NCBI GenBank assembly: GCA_965204895.1
Contig: OZ242025.1
Span: 1,473,621 to 1,537,620 of the forward strand
Length of the DNA: 64,000 bases
Reading direction: 5' to 3'
Source of the DNA: Dehalococcoidia bacterium
Lineage (GTDB): Bacteria > Chloroflexota > Dehalococcoidia > Lucifugimonadales > UBA2985
The position numbers and the translations under genes were made by a program. Position 1 is the first letter of the stretch. Each line of letters opens with the position of its first letter. Below the pieces are notes generated by a model, which saw nothing but the letters and a program-made list of their open reading frames with translations, was not told where the DNA came from and made no database searches. Positions 1 through 8,591 of this stretch are shown here, one piece after another.

Positions 1-418
1 CGTCTATGGAGGGGTCCGGGTCTCCCAGGGCCTCCACGCCGAACTGGTGGTGCTGCCGGAAGCGCCCGGCCTGGGGCCGCTCGTAGCGGAAGACGGGGCA
101 GAAGTAGTATAGGCGCACGGGCTGGGGCAGGTTGCGCATCCCGTGCTCCAGGTAGGCCCGGCAGACGGGCGCGGTACCCTCGGGGCGAAGGGCCATCGAG
201 TCGCCGCCGCGGTCCTGGAAGATGTACATCTCCTTCTCGACGATGTCCGTCCCCTCACCCACGCCGCGGGTGAACAGGTCGCTCTGCTCAAAGACGGGGG
301 TGTCCAGCCGGCCGTAGCCAAATCGACGGCCCAGGGCCTCGGCCTTGGCCTCCACGTAGCGCCAGTACCTCTGCTCCTCAGGCAAGGTGTCGGCGGTGCC
401 CCTGGGCGCTCGGTACAA
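1..418 (-). CDS. hisS: Histidyl-tRNA synthetase, N-terminal part (continues beyond the left edge)
   Basis: Absent from the ORF track because it has no stop in the window. Hand translation of the minus strand from TTG (418-416) gives (M)YRAPRGTADTLPEEQRYWRYVEAKAEALGRRFGYGRLDTPVFEQSDLFTRGVGEGTDIVEKEMYIFQDRGGDSMALRPEGTAPVCRAYLEHGMRNLPQPVRLYYFCPVFRYERPQAGRFRQHHQFGVEALG, the typical class II HisRS motif 1/2 region. Confidence 0.85.
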   Translation of the reverse strand, partial: MYRAPRGTADTLPEEQRYWRYVEAKAEALGRRFGYGRLDTPVFEQSDLFTRGVGEGTDIVEKEMYIFQDRGGDSMALRPEGTAPVCRAYLEHGMRNLPQPVRLYYFCPVFRYERPQAGRFRQHHQFGVEALGDPDPSID

Positions 419-526
419 AGCTGGCCTCCTCGCGCAGATTGAGGACAGGATAGCCCAGGACGGCGGGTTTGCCAAGGTGTGCACACTTGGTTATACTTCC
501 GATACATACGCTCGACGGGACACGGC

Positions 527-2713
527 ATGGAAGACCTACTCATAAAGGCAAAGAGCTACCTGCCCCAGGACAAGATAGGGGTAATCGAAGAGGCGTACGA
601 CTTTGCGCACAAGGCGCACGAGGGCCAGACGCGCCTATCGGGCGAGCCATACGTGGTGCACCCGGTGAGCACCGCCCTGTTCCTTGCCGACCTCAACCTG
701 GACGCCTCGACACTCGCGGCCGCCCTCCTCCACGACGTCATAGAGGACTGCGACGTATCCTACGAGCAGCTTCAGCGCAAGTTCGGCTCGGAGGTGAGCC
801 GGCTGGTGGACGGCGTGACCAAGCTGGGCAAGATGGAGTTGATGACTGCCGAGGGCGGGCTTCGCTACGGCAGCGACGACGGCCAGGCGGAGAGCCTTCG
901 CAAGATGCTTGTGGCCATGGCCCAGGACATCCGGGTGGTGCTGATAAAGCTGGCGGACCGCCTGCACAACATGGAGACGCTCAAGGCCCACACCCCGGCA
1001 AAGCGGGTGGACATTGCCAGGGAGACGCTGGACATCTACGCGCCCCTGGCCCACAGGCTGGGCATCTGGGACATCAAGTGGCGACTGGAGGACCTCTCCT
1101 TCAGCCACCTGCAGCCCGACAAGTACAAGGAGATCTCACGCCTTCTGGCCTCCAAGCGCGATGAGCGGGAGAGGTACATAGACCAGGGGTGCGAGGTGCT
1201 GCGGGATGAGCTGAAGAAGGCGAACATCGCCGCGGAGGTGCTGGGCAGGGCCAAGCACATCTACAGCATCTACCAGAAGATGGAGAAGTACGCGGAGCAG
1301 GGCAAGGAGTTCGGGCAGATATACGACCTGTTTGCGCTGCGGATACTGGTCAAGGAGGTGCAGGACTGCTACAGCGCCCTGGGCGTCGTTCACGGGCTGG
1401 GCCACCCCATTCCGGGGGAGTTCGACGACTACATTGCCAACCCCAAGGACAACATGTACCAGTCGCTGCACACGGCGGTGATGTACAAGGGCAACACGCC
1501 GCTGGAGGTGCAGATTCGCACCTACGCAATGCACCAGCTATCGGAGTACGGGGTCGCGGCCCACTGGAGGTACAAGGAGGGGGATGCCAAGGACCCCCAC
1601 TTTGAGGAGAAGATGAGCTGGCTTAGGCAGCTGCTGGACTGGCAGAGGGACGTGACGGGCGCGGAGGAGTTCGTGGAGTCGGTGAAGACGGACATCTTCC
1701 AGGACCAGGTGTTCGTGTACACGCCCAAGGGGGAGATACGGGAGCTTCCCACGGGCTCAACGCCGTTGGACTTCGCCTATCGCATCCACACGGACCTGGG
1801 GCATCGCTGCATTGGGGCCAAGGTGAACGGCAAGCTGGTGCCCCTCTACACGCGGCTGAACAACGGGGACACCGTGGAGATAATGACCAGCAAGATAGCC
1901 AGGGGCCCCAGCATGGACTGGCTCAACGCCAACCTGGGCTACGTGAACACCGCCAACGCCCGTGAGAAGGTGCGGCAGTGGTTCCGCAGGCAGGAGCGAA
2001 GCGCCAGCATCCAGCGGGGCAAGGAGCTTCTGAACAAGGAGCTCAAGCGCCTGAACCTGAAGATGGAGCACGAAGAGGTCTCGGCGCTCCTCAAGTTCGA
2101 CAACGTGGCGGAGCTGCTGGCGGCCCTGGGCAGCGGGGCGACGAACGTGTCCCAGCTGACAACCAGGCTGGCGGCACAGCAGGAGCAGACGACGGAGGTG
2201 CAGGTCCCAACCTCACCGCTCACCTGGCCTTCTGCCGGGATTGAAGTACTGGGAGTGGGCGACCTGCTGACCCGCATATCGCAGTGCTGCAACCCCATCC
2301 CCGGCGACGAGATTGTGGGCTACATCACCCGGAGTCGAGGCATATCGGTGCACCGGGTGGACTGCCACAACGTACGCAACGAGGACGAGAAGGAGCGACT
2401 GGTGCAGGTGGACTGGGGGAAGGGCAAGACGCTGTACCCAGTGAGGCTGCGCATTGACGCCTGGGACCGGGTGGGCCTGCTCAGGGACATAACCACCCTG
2501 ATCTCCCAGGAGAAGGTGAACATAGCGTCGGCGCTCACCAGGGAGCACGCAGACAGCAGCACCTCCACCTACCTGACCGTGTTCACCACGGGCGTGGGAC
2601 AGCTCAGCCTCCTCTTCTCGCGGCTTGAGGGGGTGGAGGGGGTGTTCTCGGTGTCCCGGAGCAGCCCCGAAGAAGAGGCAAACGCAAGCTCAAATCCAAG
2701 ATCTAACGACTGA
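527..2713 (+). CDS. rel: Bifunctional (p)ppGpp synthetase/hydrolase, RelA/SpoT family
   Basis: 744-aa ORF 479..2713. HD hydrolase region (HKAHEGQTRLSGEPYVVHPVSTA...LLHDVIED), synthetase region (YSIYQKM...IANPKDNMYQSLHTAV...EVQIRT), TGS (VFVYTPKGEIRELPTGSTPLDFAYRIH) and C-terminal ACT-like region. ATG at 527 (MEDLLIKAKSYL) is the more plausible start. Confidence 0.93.
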   Translation: MEDLLIKAKSYLPQDKIGVIEEAYDFAHKAHEGQTRLSGEPYVVHPVSTALFLADLNLDASTLAAALLHDVIEDCDVSYEQLQRKFGSEVSRLVDGVTKLGKMELMTAEGGLRYGSDDGQAESLRKMLVAMAQDIRVVLIKLADRLHNMETLKAHTPAKRVDIARETLDIYAPLAHRLGIWDIKWRLEDLSFSHLQPDKYKEISRLLASKRDERERYIDQGCEVLRDELKKANIAAEVLGRAKHIYSIYQKMEKYAEQGKEFGQIYDLFALRILVKEVQDCYSALGVVHGLGHPIPGEFDDYIANPKDNMYQSLHTAVMYKGNTPLEVQIRTYAMHQLSEYGVAAHWRYKEGDAKDPHFEEKMSWLRQLLDWQRDVTGAEEFVESVKTDIFQDQVFVYTPKGEIRELPTGSTPLDFAYRIHTDLGHRCIGAKVNGKLVPLYTRLNNGDTVEIMTSKIARGPSMDWLNANLGYVNTANAREKVRQWFRRQERSASIQRGKELLNKELKRLNLKMEHEEVSALLKFDNVAELLAALGSGATNVSQLTTRLAAQQEQTTEVQVPTSPLTWPSAGIEVLGVGDLLTRISQCCNPIPGDEIVGYITRSRGISVHRVDCHNVRNEDEKERLVQVDWGKGKTLYPVRLRIDAWDRVGLLRDITTLISQEKVNIASALTREHADSSTSTYLTVFTTGVGQLSLLFSRLEGVEGVFSVSRSSPEEEANASSNPRSND

Positions 2714-2729
2714 TAAAGGGGGAAATCCT

Positions 2730-2984
2730 TTGCCTAGCCTAAAATCGGCCCGCGTGGCCGCCAAGAGAGCGCTCAGAAACAGACCCGTCCGCACGTCCGC
2801 CAGGACCTTTGTGAAGAAGGCCCAGGACTCCATAGCCGGCGGCGCGGAGACCGCCCTTGCCGACACGCGGGCGGCCATCAAGGTGCTGGACAAGGCGGCC
2901 CAGAAGGGCATCATCCACAAGAACAACGCCGCGCGGCGGAAGTCCCGGCTCATGGCCAAGCTCAACCGGTTGCAGAGCGGGTGA
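2730..2984 (+). CDS. rpsT: 30S ribosomal protein S20
   Basis: TTG start at 2730 preceded by AAGGGGGA (2715-2722). Product (M)PSLKSARVAAKRALRNRPVRTSARTFVKKA...KGIIHKNNAARRKSRLMAKLNRL is typical S20. The 2625..2729 part of the tracked ORF overlaps rel and is not coding for S20. Confidence 0.9.
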   Translation: MPSLKSARVAAKRALRNRPVRTSARTFVKKAQDSIAGGAETALADTRAAIKVLDKAAQKGIIHKNNAARRKSRLMAKLNRLQSG

Positions 2985-3032
2985 GCGCGGGAAGCGCCTA
3001 CTAACCCCTCTCCAAAGCGCCAAGAGCTTTTT

Positions 3033-3074
3033 ATCTCTGCCATGTGTTAACGACTCCAATTGCCTGGCAGAGAT
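3033..3074. repeat. Inverted repeat, 10-bp stems ATCTCTGCCA / TGGCAGAGAT with a 22-nt loop, at the boundary between rpsT and the AT-richer ankyrin islet
   Basis: Read directly from the sequence. Not a canonical intrinsic terminator: the loop is long and no T-tract follows. Confidence 0.5.
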
Positions 3075-3145
3075 ATAAGTGTCCAAGTTCAATCTCACAT
3101 TAAGGTGTATTCTACGCGCCCCGCCAGGACGCGCGACTACTTTCG

Positions 3146-5371
3146 GTGGCATGCCAATATGCCGCAAGGAAACTGAGAAGACAACTAATGCGATTCGACA
3201 GTCCTTGGTTTGAGTCTATAACAATCTACCTTCGGGCGGGCACGCTAACAGTGCTTAACAGCCATGACATTAAGGGCATGGGGTTTTCGAGAACCACCCA
3301 CATGGATCCTGCTGCAATAGGACAGATGGTCCACGATTGCGCCAGTAATACGCTGCACACCAACCCCCGCCTGGCAGCGCCAGGAAGCTGGCAGCCTGGG
3401 CAAGGCACACCTTTTCATTCCGAGGATGAATTCACATACATAGCAAAAGCGGCCGGGGCTTCGAGTGCAGGCAATCTGTGGCGCACTGCTACCAGGATTG
3501 ATGTAAGAACCGACGGGTCCGAGGCGAGATTCATGGGGTTTCAGCCAAGAAAGTCGGAGGGTGAGGAAGTTGGCATCTTAGGCACGGATGCCTTGTCCCT
3601 GCACTCTCAGAAGGGTTTACCTGAGGAGTTCTCCACAGGATTGCATCCCCTGCAGATTGCTCCCTGGTGGGACCCCGAGATGATCGGTCAGGCCGTGCTG
3701 CTCATGCTCAGTAAGTCAGGCCCACCTTTCGGTAAGGGAATGACCTCCGTCTTCGACCTTCCGTCTGCCAAGACACGGACGGCGTTGCACAAGGCTGCTC
3801 AGGAAGGCGACATAGAGGTACTCCCCACCGGCAGGCGCAAGCTGAAAGGTGCAGACAAGGCCGACTCGCTGGGCACGACGCCGCTAATGTTGGCTGCATC
3901 CAAGGGACAGACTGAGTTCGCGGCCCGATTGGTGGAGTTGGGAGCGTCATTGGATCCTACTGACAACGACGGACGCACCGCTCCGCACTACGCTGCGGAG
4001 GAGGGAAACCATGAGGTGGTTCAGGCGCTCGTAGAGGCAGGCGCCGGTGTCGCGGCTTCAGACATTTATGGCGACACGCCTCTCCATTTGGCGGCGACCA
4101 GAGGACACGCGGAGACCGTGAGGTTTCTCCTGGCCGCGGGCGCTCCAGTCAACGTAGGGGACATCGTTTACTCCTCCACGCCGCTTCACAAGGCTGTGCG
4201 AGGTGGACATACGAAGGTGGTTTCTATATTGGTTCAAGCTGGGGCCGACCCGAACGCCCCTAACGAAGGCGGCAAAACACCACTCCACCTAGCAGCCGCC
4301 TACGGGACTCTGGATATTGTCTCCTTGCTCATCAAGAATGGGGCTGACACTAACCGCCGGGACAGGAGAATGGAGACACCTCTTCATATTGCCGCATTCT
4401 ATCAGCACATGGAGTGCATTAGGCTGTTGACGGAGAGTGGCGCGGACGTAGGCGCTAGGGACGTCAACGGCAATACCCCGTTACACACAGCGGCCAGCAT
4501 GAACCGCGATAAAGCCGCGCGCTTGCTAGTGTACTCCGGAGCGAATGTAGAGGAGATCAACGATGAGGGCATGACACCCGTCGACCTCGCCATTGTCAAC
4601 GCGCACAGGATGATTCTCAGCAAACAGTATTTCGGAGAGCGATATTCCTTAATGACCGAGCACAATGCAGAGGTTGCGGAAGTCCTGTTGGAAAGTGGAG
4701 CTACTATCAAACCTCAGCGCATTCCAGTAGGGGCCCGTCACGTCCTGTGGCCCCATCTAACGCCGTCTCATTTACTTTACGATAACGGTGACATCAACTA
4801 CTACAGACTCCCCGACCTGCCAGAATGGTTGAGGCACACAATGCCTCCCGAAGACGGGCCCTGGATTGGCAGTGCTCGTCCCCGCAGCGCCACTGATAGG
4901 GTTGCTTCTCTGTTGCACGACGCCGTGTTAAAGAGATCGTCGGTTGTTGTGGAGGCGCTACTCAGAAGCGGCGCAAATCCTACGACTGCCGTCCGAAATC
5001 GAGCCACGCCTCTGCACTTCGCCGCAGATTCAGGCGATGTAGAGCTTGCGGCGGTGTTGCTGGACTGGGGCGCCGATATCAATATGCCGGAGTGCAACAC
5101 ACTTGACGGCCGCAAAGAGATTGGTAGCCTTGGTTTTACTCTGGAGGACAGAGGAGGATTCCAGAGAAAGCACTTACATACTGCTCTGGATGTGGCCGTA
5201 TCCGAAGGCAAGACATATATGGCCCGGTTCCTCCTGGAACACCGAGGCTTCCCATACGTGGACGTACCTACAATTCTACGGCGATGCCCGGAAGAAGTGC
5301 GAGATGAGATGGCCTCAATGCTGCAGGAGTACGGGGCACTGGATCCTGGTCATTTGCAGCAGGGCGGGTGA
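3146..5371 (+). CDS. Ankyrin-repeat protein (about 12 ANK repeats in two blocks) with an N-terminal region of about 200 aa of unknown function
   Basis: 741-aa ORF. Repeats such as GTTPLMLAASKGQTEFAARLVELGASLD, GDTPLHLAATRGHAETVRFLLAAGAPVN, GKTPLHLAAAYGTLDIVSLLIKNGADTN and GNTPLHTAASMNRDKAARLLVYSGANVE lie at about nt 3790-4650. A second block (ATPLHFAADSGDVELAAVLLDWGADIN) lies at about nt 4900-5290. The start is uncertain: GTG 3146, alternative ATG 3188. Confidence 0.85.
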   Translation: MACQYAARKLRRQLMRFDSPWFESITIYLRAGTLTVLNSHDIKGMGFSRTTHMDPAAIGQMVHDCASNTLHTNPRLAAPGSWQPGQGTPFHSEDEFTYIAKAAGASSAGNLWRTATRIDVRTDGSEARFMGFQPRKSEGEEVGILGTDALSLHSQKGLPEEFSTGLHPLQIAPWWDPEMIGQAVLLMLSKSGPPFGKGMTSVFDLPSAKTRTALHKAAQEGDIEVLPTGRRKLKGADKADSLGTTPLMLAASKGQTEFAARLVELGASLDPTDNDGRTAPHYAAEEGNHEVVQALVEAGAGVAASDIYGDTPLHLAATRGHAETVRFLLAAGAPVNVGDIVYSSTPLHKAVRGGHTKVVSILVQAGADPNAPNEGGKTPLHLAAAYGTLDIVSLLIKNGADTNRRDRRMETPLHIAAFYQHMECIRLLTESGADVGARDVNGNTPLHTAASMNRDKAARLLVYSGANVEEINDEGMTPVDLAIVNAHRMILSKQYFGERYSLMTEHNAEVAEVLLESGATIKPQRIPVGARHVLWPHLTPSHLLYDNGDINYYRLPDLPEWLRHTMPPEDGPWIGSARPRSATDRVASLLHDAVLKRSSVVVEALLRSGANPTTAVRNRATPLHFAADSGDVELAAVLLDWGADINMPECNTLDGRKEIGSLGFTLEDRGGFQRKHLHTALDVAVSEGKTYMARFLLEHRGFPYVDVPTILRRCPEEVRDEMASMLQEYGALDPGHLQQGG

Positions 5372-5613
5372 AGGGTCTGTGATCGAGTGCGGGGGACGGC
5401 AATGAACAACTGGAAGCCACCCGGGCCGAGCCGCGAGCCCCCTGGCGACAAATCTCTCGTAGACGCCCCCTGGATAGAGTTCCTGCCCTTGTTGCTCCTA
5501 TAATAGCAACGCGGCATCCAGCTGCTTTTATAACAACAGGAGCAGATACCGCCTTCTAGGATGCGTCGGTGCCTGCTCCACACATTCCAGAGATTTCCCC
5601 CGCCACTCCCTTG

Positions 5614-5642
5614 TTGACAATATAGAACATATCTTCTATTCT
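5614..5642 (+). promoter_or_regulatory. Sigma-70-like promoter (TTGACA, 17 nt, TATTCT) with an SOS-box-like element GAACATATCTTC in the spacer
   Basis: -35 TTGACA at 5614-5619, 17-nt spacer, -10 TATTCT at 5637-5642. GAAC-N4-CTTC at 5625-5636 has one mismatch to the GAAC-N4-GTTC box seen at lexA. It lies about 50 nt upstream of the 5694 ORF. Confidence 0.4.
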
Positions 5643-5693
5643 TCTCCTCCAGCCATCCTTCGGTCAGGAGAACGCCGATGGTTACAGGAGGAG

Positions 5694-6014
5694 TTGTTGA
5701 TAGAGCTATCGCTGAGCCTGGCGGCCGTCCCCGGCGCGCTCATTGTCGTGTCCGGGGGCTTCAACGCCATCTTCTTCGCCAACTACTCCGCAACCCAGGC
5801 CCGCAGGCGGATGGGCGCGCTGGTGCTGGCCCTGGTCAACCTGAGCTTCCTGCTCCAGGGGCTGTACTGGGCGGCAATGCCCCTCCGGTCGGGATACCGC
5901 CAACCCCCGGAGAACGGCAACGCCCTGGTCGTGGAGCTGATAACCCTGGCCGCGTCACTGGCGATGACAGCGCTGATACTCAGGCAGCGGGCCGGCGGCG
6001 GGCGCGACGGCTGA
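5694..6014 (+). CDS. Small integral membrane protein (106 aa, about 3 TM helices), function unknown
   Basis: Hydrophobic segments LSLSLAAVPGALIVVSGGFNAIFFA, ALVLALVNLSFLLQGLYWAA and LVVELITLAASLAMTALIL. RBS-like AGGAGGAG lies just upstream. Confidence 0.55.
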   Translation: MLIELSLSLAAVPGALIVVSGGFNAIFFANYSATQARRRMGALVLALVNLSFLLQGLYWAAMPLRSGYRQPPENGNALVVELITLAASLAMTALILRQRAGGGRDG

Positions 6015-6076
6015 TTTGAGGAAACCTCTGAACAAGTTAGAACAAGACCATTCCGTCAAATGACACCTTCACCACC

Positions 6077-6160
6077 ATTCCTGCGAAGGCAGGAATCCAG
6101 GAGGGACGGGATGTGGACTCCCGCCCCCGTATCGGAGTACGGGGCAGGCTTCGCGGGAGT
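6077..6160. repeat. REP-like palindromic element: hairpin ATTCCTGC-GAAG-GCAGGAAT followed by a nested inverted repeat ACTCCCGC...GCGGGAGT
   Basis: Hairpin at 6077-6096. Outer stems at 6117-6124 and 6153-6160 enclose CCCCGTA...TACGGGG. Same family as the copies at 24267, 35651 and 18229. Confidence 0.75.
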
Positions 6161-6196
6161 GGATTGGACTAATTCAGACCATTCTCAGGAGGAGTA

Positions 6197-6355
6197 ATGA
6201 AGACAATGGAGTCGGCAATCGAGAGGCAGGACTGGAGGGTGGTGGCCGTATGCCTTCTGCGGGGGCTGGTGCAGGCGTCGTCGGCGCTGCAGCCGGAGAC
6301 CCTGCGTGACCTGCTGGAGGCGTTGGAGGGAGAGAATGGCGCCCCGAAGAGGTAG
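6197..6355 (+). CDS. Hypothetical small protein (52 aa), first ORF of the phage-like module
   Basis: Below the ORF-track length cutoff. ATG at 6197 follows AGGAGGAG. Product MKTMESAIERQDWRVVAVCLLRGLVQASSALQPETLRDLLEALEGENGAPKR. Overlaps the next ORF by 20 nt. Confidence 0.35.
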   Translation: MKTMESAIERQDWRVVAVCLLRGLVQASSALQPETLRDLLEALEGENGAPKR

Positions 6356-6671
6356 CAAATCGCCGGAGAGACCCCAGGACTTCTACGAGGAGGCGCTGTC
6401 CAAGGCTGAGCGCGTCCGGCTCTCCCGCGCCAAGCAGATACAGGGGCTGGACGAGGAGATCGCCCTACTCCGACTGCGCCTGAGCCGACTGACGGAGGAG
6501 CAGCCGGAGAACCTGGAGCTTCTGATAAAGGGAATCGGGATGCTGGTGCGGGCGGTGTCGGCAAAGTACAAGCTGTCCCACAAGGCGGAGGAGGACCTGT
6601 ACCAGAGCCTGATGGGCGTGCTCCAGGGCGTGGGAAGCGTGCTGCTGCCGGAGGCGGACGATGGAGAGTGA
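6336..6671 (+). CDS. Hypothetical phage-associated coiled-coil protein in the position of a small terminase subunit (unproven)
   Basis: MAPRRGSKSPERPQDFYEEALSKAERVRLSRAKQIQGLDEEIALLRLRLSRL... It lies upstream of the large terminase in a chain of overlapping ORFs (its stop overlaps the start of the next ORF at 6661). Confidence 0.45.
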   Translation: MAPRRGSKSPERPQDFYEEALSKAERVRLSRAKQIQGLDEEIALLRLRLSRLTEEQPENLELLIKGIGMLVRAVSAKYKLSHKAEEDLYQSLMGVLQGVGSVLLPEADDGE

Positions 6672-6894
6672 CCCGCTGAAGGACGCCCTTCGGAAGCTGC
6701 GGCGGCCGCGGCCGCCGGAGGTCGACGTGTCGCCCGTGTCCACCTTCGACGCGCTCCTGGACCAGCGGCTGGGCCACCTTGAGCGCCAGGTGGAGGAGCT
6801 GAAGGCGCGGATAAACGGGCTGGTGTTCCTGGTAATTGGCGCGGTTGTGGCGCAGGTGGTACTGAGCATCTGGGGAAACGAGGTGAGACTATGA
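6661..6894 (+). CDS. Small membrane-anchored coiled-coil protein (77 aa)
   Basis: C-terminal TM segment LVFLVIGAVVAQVVLSIWG. ATGA overlap with the terminase start at 6891. Confidence 0.45.
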   Translation: MESDPLKDALRKLRRPRPPEVDVSPVSTFDALLDQRLGHLERQVEELKARINGLVFLVIGAVVAQVVLSIWGNEVRL

Positions 6895-8261
6895 GCAATC
6901 TTGTTGGGCTGAGGCCGTACCAGACGGAGATAGGCAGGACGATACTGGACAGCGTGCTCCACGGCAGGGGGCGCACCTTCACGGTGGAGATAGCGCGCCA
7001 GGGCGGGAAGAACGAGCTTTCGGCGCAGATGGAGATACTGCTCATGGTGCTCTTCTCCGTCAAGGGCGGGAACCTGGTCAAGGCCGCGCCCACCTTCGAT
7101 CCGCAGGTCCGCATCAGCATATCGAGGCTGAAGGAGCGGCTGCGGGACGCCGGGCTTGGCGGCCTGTGGCAAACGGAGGCCGGAAGCGCCATTCGCCTGG
7201 GTCGGACCCGGCAGGTGTTCCTCAGCGCAGAGCCGTCCAGCAACGTGGTTGGGGCCACGGCGCACATCCTCCTGGAGATGGACGAGGCGCAGGACGTGGA
7301 CCGGGAGAAGTTCCACAAGGAGTTCAGGCCAATGGGGGCGTCCACCAACGTCACCACCGTGCTGTACGGCACCCCCTGGATGGGCGACTCGCTGCTGGAG
7401 GAGACCAAGCAGGCCAACCTGGAGGCGGAGCGGGCCGACGGCGTGAGGCGGCACTTCCGGCTGGACTGGCAGGAGGTGGCGAAGTACAACCCCCAGTACC
7501 AGGCATACGTGGAGGGCGAGCGGCAGCGCCTGGGCGAAAGCCACCCGCTCTTCCGCACCCAGTACCTCCTGGAACCGCTGAACGGGAGCGGCGGGCTGTT
7601 CTCCCGGGAGCAGCTTGCCCAGATGCAGGGTAGGCACAGCCGGCTCTCCCGCCGGGAGCAGGGGCAGGTGTACGTGGCGGGCATAGACGTCGCAGGGGAG
7701 GCGTCGGAGGCGGAAGGCCGCGGGGCCGGGCGGGACTCCACGGTGGTCACCATAGGCGAGCTTGACTTCTCCCGTTGCGACGAGATCTCGCCTGAGCCGG
7801 TGGTCAGGATTGTGGAGCACTACAGGTGGACGGGGGAGAGCCACGCGGCCCTGTTCCCAAGGCTGGTGGACGTGCTGCGTGACGCGTGGGGCTGCCGTCG
7901 GGTGGTGGTGGACGCCACGGGCCTGGGGCAGGGTGTCGCCAGCTTCCTGGAGAAGGCCCTGGGCAAGGGCGTCGTGCACCCCTTCGTCTTCTCGGCCCAG
8001 AGCAAGTCGCGGCTGGCCTTCGACCTGCTGGCCGCCGTGAACGCGGGGCGGCTGAAGATGTACGCCGCCGACGGTTCATCGGAGTCTCAGGAGTTCCACG
8101 CGCAGATGGAGAGGGCGCGCGGCCAATTCAGGGCCAACCAGACCATGAACTTCTACGTCGACCCGTCCCAGGGCCACGACGACTACCTGGCGAGCCTGTC
8201 GCTGCTGGTGAAGGCGGCGGAGTACAGGCCCCGCCTGGCGCGAGGACGCACGGATACGTGA
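6891..8261 (+). CDS. Phage terminase large subunit
   Basis: 456 aa. Walker A-like EIARQGGKNE, Walker B-like HILLEMDEAQD, C-terminal RNase-H-like nuclease signatures YVAGIDVAGE and DSTVVTIGE. Confidence 0.8.
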   Translation: MSNLVGLRPYQTEIGRTILDSVLHGRGRTFTVEIARQGGKNELSAQMEILLMVLFSVKGGNLVKAAPTFDPQVRISISRLKERLRDAGLGGLWQTEAGSAIRLGRTRQVFLSAEPSSNVVGATAHILLEMDEAQDVDREKFHKEFRPMGASTNVTTVLYGTPWMGDSLLEETKQANLEAERADGVRRHFRLDWQEVAKYNPQYQAYVEGERQRLGESHPLFRTQYLLEPLNGSGGLFSREQLAQMQGRHSRLSRREQGQVYVAGIDVAGEASEAEGRGAGRDSTVVTIGELDFSRCDEISPEPVVRIVEHYRWTGESHAALFPRLVDVLRDAWGCRRVVVDATGLGQGVASFLEKALGKGVVHPFVFSAQSKSRLAFDLLAAVNAGRLKMYAADGSSESQEFHAQMERARGQFRANQTMNFYVDPSQGHDDYLASLSLLVKAAEYRPRLARGRTDT

Positions 8262-8294
8262 GTTGATGAGCAAATTACGACGAGGTGAGAGTAC

Positions 8295-8582
8295 GTGAGT
8301 CCAAGAAAGAGCGTGTCCAGTATAGACTCCCTGCCGGAGCAGTTCCCCTACCGGGACAACGGCTGCGAGGTGTCCCCCTCCTGCCTTGAGTGCCCCCTTC
8401 CGGCGTGCAAGTACGACGACCCCGCGGCCTACCACCGGCAGGTACGGGAGAGCCGCGACCGGGAGATAGTGGACGCCAAGAGCGTCCAGGGCAAGTCCGT
8501 CCCCCAAATAGCAGACCACTTTGGCCTGAGCCAGCGCACCATCCACCGCGTCCTGGAGCGGGCCAGGGCCAACTTCCTCTAG
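8295..8582 (+). CDS. Cys-rich helix-turn-helix DNA-binding protein (95 aa)
   Basis: N-terminal Cys cluster (NGCEVSPSCLECPLPACKYDD) and C-terminal HTH (KSVPQIADHFGLSQRTIHRVLERAR), sigma-70 region 4 / resolvase-HTH-like. Confidence 0.6.
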   Translation: MSPRKSVSSIDSLPEQFPYRDNGCEVSPSCLECPLPACKYDDPAAYHRQVRESRDREIVDAKSVQGKSVPQIADHFGLSQRTIHRVLERARANFL

Positions 8583-8591
8583 GAGCGTGCC

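Noticed and set aside
4-543. 179-aa minus ORF and 99-aa plus ORF (143..442) at the left edge
   Set aside because: Wrong frames. A third frame on the minus strand gives a clean HisRS N-terminus starting at TTG 418.
469-1164. 231-aa plus-strand ORF overlapping the 5' part of rel in another frame
   Set aside because: Arg/Gly/Pro-rich off-frame translation of a high-GC gene. The rel frame carries the HD and synthetase motifs.
5350-5583. 77-aa minus-strand ORF in the gap after the ankyrin gene
   Set aside because: The translation is Cys/Arg/Ser-rich and implausible, with no RBS. The region looks non-coding, containing short hairpins such as GTTGCT-CCTATAAT-AGCAAC.
5628-5638. Shared 11-mer ACATATCTTCT between the 5614 promoter and the GmrSD/RHH divergent region (about 39150)
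   Set aside because: Many 11-mer coincidences are expected by chance in 64 kb on two strands, and there is no extended similarity around it.
6383-7979. Two long minus-strand ORFs (456 and 504 aa) opposite the terminase region
   Set aside because: Pro/Arg/Ser-rich antisense artefacts. The plus strand encodes a terminase with Walker and nuclease motifs.
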